64,000 bases of DNA from Pseudomonadota bacterium (GTDB lineage Bacteria > Pseudomonadota > Alphaproteobacteria > Sphingomonadales > Sphingomonadaceae): positions 1,277 to 65,276 of the forward strand of contig JAFEEP010000119.1 in assembly GCA_018241045.1 (NCBI GenBank), given 5' to 3'. Position numbers and translations under genes: made by a program. The notes under the pieces are model-generated. The model saw only the letters and a program-made list of their open reading frames with translations. It made no database searches and was not told the origin of the DNA. Positions 39,284 through 48,078 of the stretch are shown in pieces. Position 1 is the first letter of the stretch. Every line of letters starts with the position of its first letter.

Positions 39284-41026
39284 CTATTCCGCAGCCTCCG
39301 CCACGAGCGCATGATCGTTTGCAGGGCTGAGGAACTCGCCGGGGGTCGCACCGGTGTAGGCTCCGTTCTCGAAGGTCGGCACGCCGTTCACCAGCGTCAG
39401 GCGCGTCGGCATCGCCTTGCGGGTAAAGCGCCAGGTCTTTCCGCCCTTGCCGTCAGGCACGTCGAAGGCCTTTTCCATCTCGCGGCGCTGGATCTCATCC
39501 ATGTTGAACACCGCGATGTCGGCGCGCTTGCCCACCGCGATCACGCCGCGGTCACGCAGGTTGAAGTGATCGGCCAGCTTGCCGGTCATCACATGGATCG
39601 CCTGCTCAAGGGTCAGCTTCTTTTGCTCGCGGACGTACTGCGTCAGGAGCAGCGCATTTTCGCCGCCGCCGCACAGCATCTGCAGGTGAGCGCCCGCGTC
39701 CGAGATGTTGCCGACCGTCCTGGGGTCGAGCATCAGTTCCATCGTAAGGTCCTCGTCCTTGGGGAAGGGGGCCATGTGCACGGTGGAGCGGGTGCCGTTC
39801 TTGAGGATCCAGTCGGCCATCGCATCCGAGCGGTGCAGACCAAGGCTGTCGGCATATTCCTTGAGCGTGATGCCAAGCGGACCAGTGCCATTCTCGCTGT
39901 CGAGCAGGAACAGTTCCTGCGGATTCTTCAGCGGCGAGTGATCCCAGGCATTGTTGTCCCAGCTTTCGCGGGCGCGGGCACGCCATGCGGGATCGGCGAG
40001 CAGTTCCGCCTTCTTGTGATGATCATCCTCGAGCACGACTTCATGCCAGACGTAGTCGTTCGACTGCGCGAAGATCAGCGACTTGACCAGGCTGAGCGTC
40101 GAGGTGGGTGACACGTGGGCGTAGCCGGGCCAGACATCGACGCCGGCTTCGCGCATCTGGCGCACGCTTTCCTGCATCGCAGGCAGGATGCCCTTCTGGA
40201 AATCGAGCGTCGGGATCGCGCCGGCGATCTGGCACTTGATGTTGCGACCGGCGAGCAGGCGCGACAGCCGTTCCAGGTTTGCCGGGCCGGTCATGCGCAT
40301 GAAGGTATCGACGATCACCTGGTAGCAGCAGCCCGGATAGTTCTCCATCACGTCGAACAGCGCGGCGAACTCCGCGTCGCTGGCCTTGAGCGTCGGCACC
40401 GGGCGATCCTGACCGTCATGGTCGTGCATGTTGTCGGACATGCCCAGGGCGCCAGCGGCGAGCGCGTCGTCAAGCAGTTCGGCCATCTTCTTGATCTCGG
40501 CCGGTGTGGCTTCGCGGTCCCAGGCCTCGACGCCCATCGCAGCGAGGCGGATCGCGATGTGGCCGACATAGGCGGCATAGTTCAACGGCACGCGGACGTT
40601 GCGTTCGGTCGAAGCGCGGTATTCGCTCCACTTGTTCCAGTCCCACGGCAGGTTCTGCATGAACGGCCCTTCGGGAATGTCCTCGAAGAAGCTGAAGATG
40701 CCGATCATCTCGCGCTGGGCGGGCATATAGCGGTGCAGTGGCGCAGGCGAGAAGCCGCAATTGCCAAGGATCATCGTGGTCGCGCCGTAGCCCGGAAGCG
40801 GGTCAAGATCGGCCTGCCACCACATGGTGCCGTCATAATGGGTGTGGCTTTCAATGAAGCCGGGCGTGACCTGACAGCCGGTGGCGTCGAACACGCGTTC
40901 GCCCGCAGGAGCGAGGCCTTCGCCCACTTCGGCGATGATTCCGTCCTTGATGCGGACGTCTGCCTTGAACGCTGGCGCGCCGGTTCCGTCGACGACGGTG
41001 CCGTGCTTGATGAGGATATCGGACAT
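39284..41026 (-). CDS. Amidohydrolase, N-acyl-D-amino-acid deacylase family
   Basis: VVDGTG, PGFIESHTHYD, GNCG, SDAGAH, RG.I..GK.AD. Confidence 0.88.
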   Translation of the reverse strand: MSDILIKHGTVVDGTGAPAFKADVRIKDGIIAEVGEGLAPAGERVFDATGCQVTPGFIESHTHYDGTMWWQADLDPLPGYGATTMILGNCGFSPAPLHRYMPAQREMIGIFSFFEDIPEGPFMQNLPWDWNKWSEYRASTERNVRVPLNYAAYVGHIAIRLAAMGVEAWDREATPAEIKKMAELLDDALAAGALGMSDNMHDHDGQDRPVPTLKASDAEFAALFDVMENYPGCCYQVIVDTFMRMTGPANLERLSRLLAGRNIKCQIAGAIPTLDFQKGILPAMQESVRQMREAGVDVWPGYAHVSPTSTLSLVKSLIFAQSNDYVWHEVVLEDDHHKKAELLADPAWRARARESWDNNAWDHSPLKNPQELFLLDSENGTGPLGITLKEYADSLGLHRSDAMADWILKNGTRSTVHMAPFPKDEDLTMELMLDPRTVGNISDAGAHLQMLCGGGENALLLTQYVREQKKLTLEQAIHVMTGKLADHFNLRDRGVIAVGKRADIAVFNMDEIQRREMEKAFDVPDGKGGKTWRFTRKAMPTRLTLVNGVPTFENGAYTGATPGEFLSPANDHALVAEAAE

Positions 41027-41051
41027 CTGTCTCTCCCGAGTCGCGTGTTTA

Positions 41052-41081
41052 TGCGAAGCGTTCGGATAAAAATCTTACGCA
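41052..41081. promoter_or_regulatory. Island operator box TGCGAA-N18-TACGCA
   Basis: 25 nt upstream of the amidohydrolase start. Confidence 0.65.
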
Positions 41082-41200
41082 AAATGATGCGTTAAGTCTA
41101 TCCCTGCTTTGTTTCGCGCCTCGCAGCATAAGCGAATTGCGGATTCGTTCGAAGAATCTGCTTGTCGGTCAGGTCATCTGGTGATCTGTTCGGGATCACC

Positions 41201-41953
41201 ATGCGACACGAATCGACAAGCGCAGCGATCCTGGGCGTGCTGCGACGCCGTCTGCGTCAAGAGGGCTGGACGGCGGTCCGCCTGGCGCAGGAACTCAAGG
41301 TGGGAGAGGCGACTGCCAAGCGCTGGGTGGCGGGCAAGGGGTTGACGCTGGACCGGCTCGATCGGCTGGCCGGACTTGCCGGGCTGACGCTGGCCGATCT
41401 TGCGCGTGAAGCGGAAGAGGTGCCGCAGGGGCTCGCCCGTGAACTGACCCTCGCGCAAGAGAAAGCGCTGTCGAGCGACATCTTTCTCTCATTCCTGTTC
41501 ATGGCGATCCTGGCGGGTATCCAGCCCGGCGAGATCGAGGCCGATTTCGCGTTGCCGCAGCGCGCAATGGAAACTGCATTGCTGAAGCTGGAGCGGCTGG
41601 CATTGATCGACCGATTGCGACCGGGGCGGGCGCGGGCGCTGGTTGATCGCACGCTGGTGTTTCGCAAGGCGCCGCTGCGTTCGCTGTTCGAACGGCACAT
41701 GAAGTATATCTTTTTCGAGCTGGACTATGCCGCGCCTGAAACGATCTACACCTCGGAGGTCGTCAAGCTGTCCGACGTCGGAGCGGCGCAACTGGCGGAA
41801 CTGATCGAAAAACTGCGCGGTGAGATTCAGGCGCTATCGGACCACGACCGTGAGACCGCAGTGTTGCCGGGTAAGTGGTATGGCTTGTTGAGCGTGATGC
41901 GCGAGCTGGACCTCAGCACCGTGCGCGATGCCGGATGGCACTTGCAGGGCTGA
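41201..41953 (+). CDS. XRE/Cro-like HTH transcriptional regulator with a second winged-helix-like region
   Basis: LAQELKVGEATAKRW..G..LTLDRL N-terminal HTH; LLKLERLALI mid-protein. Confidence 0.8.
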   Translation: MRHESTSAAILGVLRRRLRQEGWTAVRLAQELKVGEATAKRWVAGKGLTLDRLDRLAGLAGLTLADLAREAEEVPQGLARELTLAQEKALSSDIFLSFLFMAILAGIQPGEIEADFALPQRAMETALLKLERLALIDRLRPGRARALVDRTLVFRKAPLRSLFERHMKYIFFELDYAAPETIYTSEVVKLSDVGAAQLAELIEKLRGEIQALSDHDRETAVLPGKWYGLLSVMRELDLSTVRDAGWHLQG

Positions 41954-41964
41954 AGGTCCGGGCG

Positions 41965-43131
41965 TCAGGCTTTTTCGATGTAGCGGGCGCGGTAGGAGGC
42001 GAAGGCGTCGCGGATCGCCTGTTCATCCAGCCCGAAACGCTCGAGCGAGTAATCGTGCATCGGACGTTGCTCGCGTTTGTTTCCGGCCATGAACTCAGCC
42101 AGCGCGGATTCGATCGTCTGGTCCATTGGCACGCCGATCCGGGCAAGTACGCGTTCGGCCTGCTTGAGCGGCTCCTTTGCGACTTCGCGATAGTCGATGT
42201 CGATGAAACGATCCTCACCGATCCGGGCGCGGGCGGCTTCGAAACGACGCATCCATCCGGCGAGGCGCGGGAACCAGAAACCGCCGACCTCGGCATCGGA
42301 ATGAACCGAATTGAGCTTGTAGAGCGCGGCCTCCATCGAGACGTAGCTGGGCACGACGTCGAGCGGATCGCGGTGAGTCATCACTAGCGCCGCTTCGGGA
42401 AATGCATCGGCAATGACCTCGGTGTAGGGCAGGTTCGACGGGCTCTTCAAAATCCACTTCGTGCCGCGCCGGGTTGGGTCTTGCCATTGCAGGTATTGCA
42501 GGATGGTCTTGAGGTCGGCGTATCCGCGCGACTGATCGTAGGAATCGAGCCAGCTGGCGAACGATGGGACAAAGGTCATGCCCTCGACCATCGTGGTGAT
42601 GAACAACTGGCCAAGGATGATGATTTCCTCGTCCGGTGCTTCGGGATCGAGCGGATGGATCGAGGCGAGTTCGGGCGAAAGCGAAAGCCAGCCGTCGATC
42701 ATCGCTTGTGCGTAGGCGCGCCGTCCGACCGGGTTGCCAGGCTCGTCGCCGGGCAGCGGCGCATAGTTCTGCGCCTCGTACCAACGGATTGCGGTCATCC
42801 CCGGCGCGCTCGCAAGCAGCCGGTGGAAGATCGTGCTACCTGTGCGCGGAAGGCCGAGAATAACGGCGGCTACCTCAACCTTCTCGTCGCGAATCTCGGG
42901 GTGCCGGGCGATGTCGTCGACCATTCGCAGCCGACTGGCGAGGCCCTTGACGATCGCCTCGCTCTGGCCGGCGAACCCCTCGGGCGTCAGTTTGCCCTCC
43001 GCGTTGGCGGCGGCGATATAGCGGTCCATCGGCTCGAACCACCAGGTGTCGCCGAAATCGGACAGCCCGGTACGTTCACGCGCCGCTGCCAGCAGCGCAT
43101 CCCGGTCAAAAACGGGGGTGGAGGCGGTCAT
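41965..43131 (-). CDS. Sulfotransferase-family protein
   Basis: GLPRTGST, WILKSP, THRDP....S; paralog of 20228-21505. Confidence 0.88.
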   Translation of the reverse strand: MTASTPVFDRDALLAAARERTGLSDFGDTWWFEPMDRYIAAANAEGKLTPEGFAGQSEAIVKGLASRLRMVDDIARHPEIRDEKVEVAAVILGLPRTGSTIFHRLLASAPGMTAIRWYEAQNYAPLPGDEPGNPVGRRAYAQAMIDGWLSLSPELASIHPLDPEAPDEEIIILGQLFITTMVEGMTFVPSFASWLDSYDQSRGYADLKTILQYLQWQDPTRRGTKWILKSPSNLPYTEVIADAFPEAALVMTHRDPLDVVPSYVSMEAALYKLNSVHSDAEVGGFWFPRLAGWMRRFEAARARIGEDRFIDIDYREVAKEPLKQAERVLARIGVPMDQTIESALAEFMAGNKREQRPMHDYSLERFGLDEQAIRDAFASYRARYIEKA

Positions 43132-43148
43132 GTGTCACTCCCAATAAT

Positions 43149-43178
43149 TGCGTAACATATGCATTATAGAGATACGCA
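43149..43178. promoter_or_regulatory. Island operator box TGCGTA-N18-TACGCA (perfect)
   Basis: 17 nt upstream of the sulfotransferase start; spacer holds TATAAT on the minus strand (43163-43168). Confidence 0.7.
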
Positions 43179-43244
43179 TTTGCGGCACGATTGGCAGAAC
43201 ATTGTGCCAAATGCAATTCCCATTCGGGAAAACTGCACGAAATA

Positions 43245-44093
43245 TCAGGCAATGCGTGCGCCGATCGCTTCGCGCAGGAAAGCGATCAACCGCGCCAATC
43301 CCGGTCCAGGCGGTGCCTTGGCGCGGTGAATCAGCCAGAGCGGGCAGTCATGGCGCGGGTCGGGTTCGGACAGCCGCTCGAGCGTCGACTCGGCGTCGGC
43401 GGCAAAGCACCACAGGCTGGCGGTGCCCAGTCCCGCCAGCACGGCCTGGATGAGCTGCGCCCAGTCGTTGCAGGTTGCCAGGCCAGCAGCCTGCGCGGCT
43501 TCGCCCGCCGGGTTGGCGGAAACCCAGGGACCACCGGGCAGCGCGGCATCGAATTCGTAGCCCCAGCCGAGCGGCGGCAGATCGGTCAGGCCTTTCCGGC
43601 CGTAAACAGCCTGGTCCAGAGTGCCGATTTCGACCCCAGCCAGTCGTAGCGGCGGTGATCGCACCAGCGCGAGGCCAAGGTCGGCGCGGCGCTGCGTCAC
43701 CGCATCGAGCGGGTCCAGCTCGCCAAGCAGCTCTACCGATACGTCGGGATTGGCGCGGCGAAAGGCCGCCAGTTCGGGCAGGAACGCAGCGGCCAGACCG
43801 CCGCTTCCCGCGATCCGGATCGGTGCGACGCGGCGGCCGAGGACGCCGATGTCCCGCGTCATCGCGGCGACTTCGCGTTCAATGGCTTCGGCCGCAGCGA
43901 GGAGCCGCGCGCCTGCCTGCGTCGGCGCATAGCCGAGCGGCGTCTGCTCGAACAACGGCACGCCGAGCGTCCGCTCGAGCGCTTCGACGCGCCGGCCGAC
44001 GGTGGTGCGATTTACGTCCAGCTGCCGTGCGGCCGCCGTGTAGGACCCGGTTCGCACCGCCGCCAGAAAGACTTCGAGATCGCCCCACTCCAT
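43245..44093 (-). CDS. LysR family transcriptional regulator
   Basis: MEWGDLEVFLAAVRTGSYTAAARQLDVNRTTVGRRVEALE..LGVPLF; the longer ORF-track call is an upstream extension. Confidence 0.92.
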   Translation of the reverse strand: MEWGDLEVFLAAVRTGSYTAAARQLDVNRTTVGRRVEALERTLGVPLFEQTPLGYAPTQAGARLLAAAEAIEREVAAMTRDIGVLGRRVAPIRIAGSGGLAAAFLPELAAFRRANPDVSVELLGELDPLDAVTQRRADLGLALVRSPPLRLAGVEIGTLDQAVYGRKGLTDLPPLGWGYEFDAALPGGPWVSANPAGEAAQAAGLATCNDWAQLIQAVLAGLGTASLWCFAADAESTLERLSEPDPRHDCPLWLIHRAKAPPGPGLARLIAFLREAIGARIA

Positions 44094-44097
44094 GGCC

Positions 44098-44128
44098 GTG
44101 CATTCTTGCACAACCACTGTGCAGTGCA
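44098..44128. promoter_or_regulatory. Overlapping TGCA-based inverted repeats, putative LysR site
   Basis: GTGCA-TTCT-TGCAC overlapping TGCACA-ACCAC-TGTGCA between lysR and kshA. Confidence 0.55.
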
Positions 44129-44213
44129 AGTGGGTCGCGGGTCGGTGTAGATGCTTCACTGTTCGCCGCCGGAAAGGAGCGGGCAGGCGGTAGGCAACAA
44201 GGAGCTTTATCTG

Positions 44214-45293
44214 ATGGCAACCTCGCAAGAATATGGATTGGGAGAGTTCAACTTCCCGCGCGGCTGGTTCATGATCGGGCCGTCTGTGGACGCGACCCGG
44301 ATTCCGGCGGCAATCCGCTATTTCGGCAAGGATCTGGTGCTCTATCGCGGGGAAAGCGGCACGCCCTATGTGGTCGATGCCTATTGCCCGCACATGGGCG
44401 CGCACCTGGCCAAGAACACCACGTCCTACATCGTGCGCGACGGCGAGCATGTGGAAGGCGAATCGATCCGTTGCCCCTTCCACGGCTGGCGCTTTGGCAC
44501 CGATGGCGCGTGCAACCACATCCCCTATTCCGACTTCATCCCCAAGGCGGCCAAGCTGCAGACCTATCCGGTGGTCGAGCGCGCCGGAATCCTGTGGATG
44601 TGGCACGATCCCGAGGGGCTCGCGCCCGATGTCGAGCTTGCCGATTTCGGCGGACACTGGGGGGAACCGGGTTGGGTCGAATGGAAGATCGACTACATGG
44701 GCGATCTCAACAGCCACGGGATCGAGATCGTCGACAACATGGCCGATTTCGGCCATTTCGTGCCAATCCACGGTGCAACAGACTGGCAGTATTTCGCCAA
44801 TGAATTCAAAGGCAATTGTGTCCACCAGTATTACAGCGCCGGGCATCGCACGCTGACGGCCAACCCTGAAGACTTTCTCGTCCTCGACACGTGGTACGAA
44901 GGCCCCGGCTTCCTCCAGTCGGAAATGGCTGGCGCGTTCGACAGCTTCATCATGATCTCCAACACGCCGGTTGAAGACGGCGTAACGCGCAGTTGGCACG
45001 CGTTGATGGTCAAGGTGCATGACGGTAGCCGCGAGACTACTGACGAGGATCGCGCGACCGCGCTGATGTATCAGGAGGCGAGCCGTCTCGCCTTTGCCCA
45101 GGACGTCGAGATCTGGGCGAACAAGCGGGCCAGTCTGAACCCGCTCGCCGTGCCGGCCGACGGTCCCTACGGTAAGGTCCGCACCTGGTATCGCCAGTTC
45201 TACAACCCGCGCGGCAAGGCACCGGAGTTTCAGGGCCGGGTCAACGGACTGCACGTCACGCTGGACAAGCGTCCGGGTAGCAAGGTGGCCTGA
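44214..45293 (+). CDS. kshA: Rieske oxygenase, 3-ketosteroid 9alpha-hydroxylase oxygenase-like
   Basis: FPRGW, CPHMG, CPFHGW, mononuclear Fe motif DNMADFGHF...H, QDVEIW.NK, DGP....R.WY.QFY. Confidence 0.85.
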   Translation: MATSQEYGLGEFNFPRGWFMIGPSVDATRIPAAIRYFGKDLVLYRGESGTPYVVDAYCPHMGAHLAKNTTSYIVRDGEHVEGESIRCPFHGWRFGTDGACNHIPYSDFIPKAAKLQTYPVVERAGILWMWHDPEGLAPDVELADFGGHWGEPGWVEWKIDYMGDLNSHGIEIVDNMADFGHFVPIHGATDWQYFANEFKGNCVHQYYSAGHRTLTANPEDFLVLDTWYEGPGFLQSEMAGAFDSFIMISNTPVEDGVTRSWHALMVKVHDGSRETTDEDRATALMYQEASRLAFAQDVEIWANKRASLNPLAVPADGPYGKVRTWYRQFYNPRGKAPEFQGRVNGLHVTLDKRPGSKVA

Positions 45294-45353
45294 TCGCGGT
45301 TTGCAGGAAGCGGCGCACAAGCGTCGCCCTGCGCGCCTAAGGGGAGAGCGTCA

Positions 45354-45818
45354 GTGCTGTCATTGCAGGAAATGTCGGACCGGCTGGAAATCCAGGATCT
45401 GTTCGCGCGCTACAGCTTTGCCATCGACGAACGCGACTGGGATGCGCTCGACAAGGTGTTCACCCCCGATGCGCGGATCGACTATACCGAAACCGGCGGG
45501 GCGAAAGGATCCTTTGCCGAAATCAAGGCCTGGCTGCCGGTGGCGCTGGAGCGCTTTCCGATGTTCCAGCACATGGTGGCGACGACCAAGCTGGACATCG
45601 CTGGCGACGAAGCGCGCAGCCGCACCATCCTGTTCAACCCGATGGTCCACCGCAGCGACGCAGGTGAGGAACAGGTGTTCTTTATCGGGCTGTGGTATCG
45701 GGACCGGCTGGTGCGCACGCCCGAGGGCTGGCGGATTGCCGAGCGCTATGAAGAGATGGGCTACGCGCACAATGTCCCGCCCATGCCGCCGCCGCCCGAG
45801 ATCGGAACGGCGGGTTGA
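45354..45818 (+). CDS. NTF2/SnoaL-like protein
   Basis: SDRLEIQDLFARYSFAIDERDW ... WYRDRLVRTPEGWRI. Confidence 0.88.
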   Translation: MLSLQEMSDRLEIQDLFARYSFAIDERDWDALDKVFTPDARIDYTETGGAKGSFAEIKAWLPVALERFPMFQHMVATTKLDIAGDEARSRTILFNPMVHRSDAGEEQVFFIGLWYRDRLVRTPEGWRIAERYEEMGYAHNVPPMPPPPEIGTAG

Positions 45819-45854
45819 AATTCAAATAATTCAAAGAAAAAGTGGGAGAAATTG

Positions 45855-46634
45855 ATGGGCAAGCTCGATGGAAAGGTGGCAATCGTCACCGGCGGAGCAC
45901 GCGGCATGGGCGAGGCGACGACGCGGCGCTTCGTTGCCGAAGGTGCGAAAGTGGCGATAGCCGACGTGCTTGAGGAACAGGGCCAGGCGCTGGCCGCCGA
46001 ACTGGGCGACGCGGCGCGGTTCTGGAAGCTGGACGTGACCAGCGAGGACGACTGGGCGCGCGTGGTCACGGAGGTCGAGGCCGAGCTTGGTCCGGTCGAT
46101 GCACTGGTCAACAACGCCGGCATCCTGATGTTCAAGGGCCTGCTGGAAACGACCAAGGCTGACTACGAACGCGTGCTGGGGGTGAACCTCGTCGGCGAAT
46201 TCCTGGGCATCAAGGCGGTGGCGCCGGGGATGATCGCGCGCGGGCGCGGAGCGATCGTGAATGTCTCGTCGGTCGACGGAATGAAGGGCGCGAACAGCCT
46301 GGTCGCCTATGCCTCGTCCAAGTGGGGCGTGCGCGGGCTGACCAAGGTTGCTGCGATGGAACTGGGCCACAAGGGCATCAGGGTAAACTCGGTCCATCCC
46401 GGCGGGGTGGATACGGTCATGTCCAACCACAACGCCGCTCCGCGCGAGGAAGTCGACAAGGGCTATGCCAACGTACCGCTGCAACGCATCGGCGGTCCCG
46501 AGGAAGTAGCCGCAGCCAGCGCGTTCCTCGCCAGCGACGATGCCTCCTACATCCACGGCGCGGAGATCGTCGTCGACGGCGGCATGACAGTCGGCACCTA
46601 TTACCAGGGCTTTCCTGGATCACCCGGGTTCTGA
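45855..46634 (+). CDS. SDR, 3alpha(20beta)-hydroxysteroid dehydrogenase-like
   Basis: TGGARGMG, NNAG, YASSKWGVRGLTK.AA.ELG..GIRVNSVHPG. Confidence 0.88.
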   Translation: MGKLDGKVAIVTGGARGMGEATTRRFVAEGAKVAIADVLEEQGQALAAELGDAARFWKLDVTSEDDWARVVTEVEAELGPVDALVNNAGILMFKGLLETTKADYERVLGVNLVGEFLGIKAVAPGMIARGRGAIVNVSSVDGMKGANSLVAYASSKWGVRGLTKVAAMELGHKGIRVNSVHPGGVDTVMSNHNAAPREEVDKGYANVPLQRIGGPEEVAAASAFLASDDASYIHGAEIVVDGGMTVGTYYQGFPGSPGF

Positions 46635-46661
46635 ACCCCACGGATAATGGAGGAATTTTCG

Positions 46662-47228
46662 ATGGTTCGTATCACTATACCACTGGGCGAAGCAGGCGGT
46701 CCCTATGATTACGCCGTGCGCAACCACGCCCGTTCGATCATGGCGGCGGCGGCTGGGCTGTCGGCGGCGGTCTATCGCGATTCAGTGTTGTCGCTGCGCG
46801 AGTTCGAGGGTGCCCGGATGCGCACCGCGGAACTTAACGGCTGCTCGATCTGCCGCGATTTCCGCGCTGGCCGCGACGCGCCTGCCATGTTCACGGTCGC
46901 GGGCGAGACGCCGGGGCATCTGGTTACCGACAACGGCCCCGCGCCGGACGAGGCGTTCTATGCAGCGGTCGCCGACTGGCGCACATCACCCCTCTATTCG
47001 CCGCGTGAACGGCTGGCGATCGAGTTCGCCGAGCGCTTCGCCACCGAACCCCAGGTACTGAGCGGTGACGAGCCATTCTGGGAACGGATGCACGAGCAGT
47101 TCTCGGACGGCGAGATCGTCGACCTTGCTCACTGCGTCGCATCATGGGTGGGGCTGGGCCGGGTCGCTCACGTGCTTGGCTTCGATACGGTCTGCCTCAC
47201 GCCCCCCGTGGCGCGGGAGCCTGCGTGA
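46662..47228 (+). CDS. Carboxymuconolactone decarboxylase/AhpD-like protein
   Basis: E..RMR.AELNGCSIC (CxxC), YSPRERLAI.FAE; SD GGAGGA. Confidence 0.82.
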   Translation: MVRITIPLGEAGGPYDYAVRNHARSIMAAAAGLSAAVYRDSVLSLREFEGARMRTAELNGCSICRDFRAGRDAPAMFTVAGETPGHLVTDNGPAPDEAFYAAVADWRTSPLYSPRERLAIEFAERFATEPQVLSGDEPFWERMHEQFSDGEIVDLAHCVASWVGLGRVAHVLGFDTVCLTPPVAREPA

Positions 47229-48031
47229 ACGGCGAAAGGCTGGCGGGCCGCGCCGCGCTGGTGACCGGGGCCGCCGATGGGATCGGCCGTGGCATCGCGC
47301 GGCGCTTCGTCGGTGAGGGGGCAGCGGTGATCGTCGCCGATTTCGATGATGAGCGCGGGGTCGCGGTGGCGCGGGAATTGCGCGAACTGGGCGGTCGCGC
47401 CGAATTCGCGCACTGCGACGTGACAGCCAAGGCCGATGTGCTGGGTGCGGTCGATCTGTGCATCGATCGCTTTGGCTCGGTCGATATCCTCGTCAACAAT
47501 GCCTATGGCGGCGAAGGACCGGTGCGGATCGAGGCCAAGACCGACGAGCGGTTCGAGCTTGCGCTCAGGATGTGCCTGTTTGCGACCAAGTGGGCGATGG
47601 AGCGCGCGCTTCCGCATATGAAGGCGCAAGGCTGGGGCCGGGTGATCAACATGGCCTCGCTCAACGGCGTCAACGCGCACATGGGCACCGCTGACTACAA
47701 CGCCGCCAAGGAGGCGGTGCGCGCCTATTCCCGCACCGCCGCGCGCGAATGGGCGGGCCATGGCATCTGCGTGAACGTGATCTGCCCTGCGGCTGTATCG
47801 GCCGCCTATCGCCGCTTTGCCGAAATGGCGCCGCAAGTCGCCGCGGCGACGGCCGCCGCCAATCCGATGGGGCGCATGGGCGATCCTGAACGCGACATCG
47901 GCGGTGTCGCCGTGTTTCTCGCCAGCGAGGATGCTCGTTACCTGACGGGCAACACGCTGTTCGTGGACGGTGGCGGGCACATCAATGGCGTGCCCTGGGT
48001 GCCCGATTTCGGCGATGACTCAAGCCGGTAG
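47225..48031 (+). CDS. SDR family oxidoreductase (12alpha-HSDH-like)
   Basis: TGAADGIG, LVNNAY, YNAAKEAVRAYSRTAAREWA; GTG overlapping the upstream stop. Confidence 0.88.
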   Translation: MNGERLAGRAALVTGAADGIGRGIARRFVGEGAAVIVADFDDERGVAVARELRELGGRAEFAHCDVTAKADVLGAVDLCIDRFGSVDILVNNAYGGEGPVRIEAKTDERFELALRMCLFATKWAMERALPHMKAQGWGRVINMASLNGVNAHMGTADYNAAKEAVRAYSRTAAREWAGHGICVNVICPAAVSAAYRRFAEMAPQVAAATAAANPMGRMGDPERDIGGVAVFLASEDARYLTGNTLFVDGGGHINGVPWVPDFGDDSSR

Positions 48032-48078
48032 AGGCGAAGGCAAGGACGGACTGGCAACCTTCGGTCGCTTCAGCGAAG

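Noticed and set aside
43191-43210. TTGGCA-N8-TGCCAA as a sigma54 promoter
   Set aside because: GG-N10-GC spacing is not met on either strand; a single inverted repeat of unknown meaning
43245-45320. 691-aa ORF suggesting a LysR with a large N-terminal extension
   Set aside because: The extension is the antisense frame of kshA; the LysR HTH begins at Met 44093
45816-45851. AT-rich patch with an AATTCAAA duplication
   Set aside because: Too short; adequately explained as an unstructured translation-initiation region
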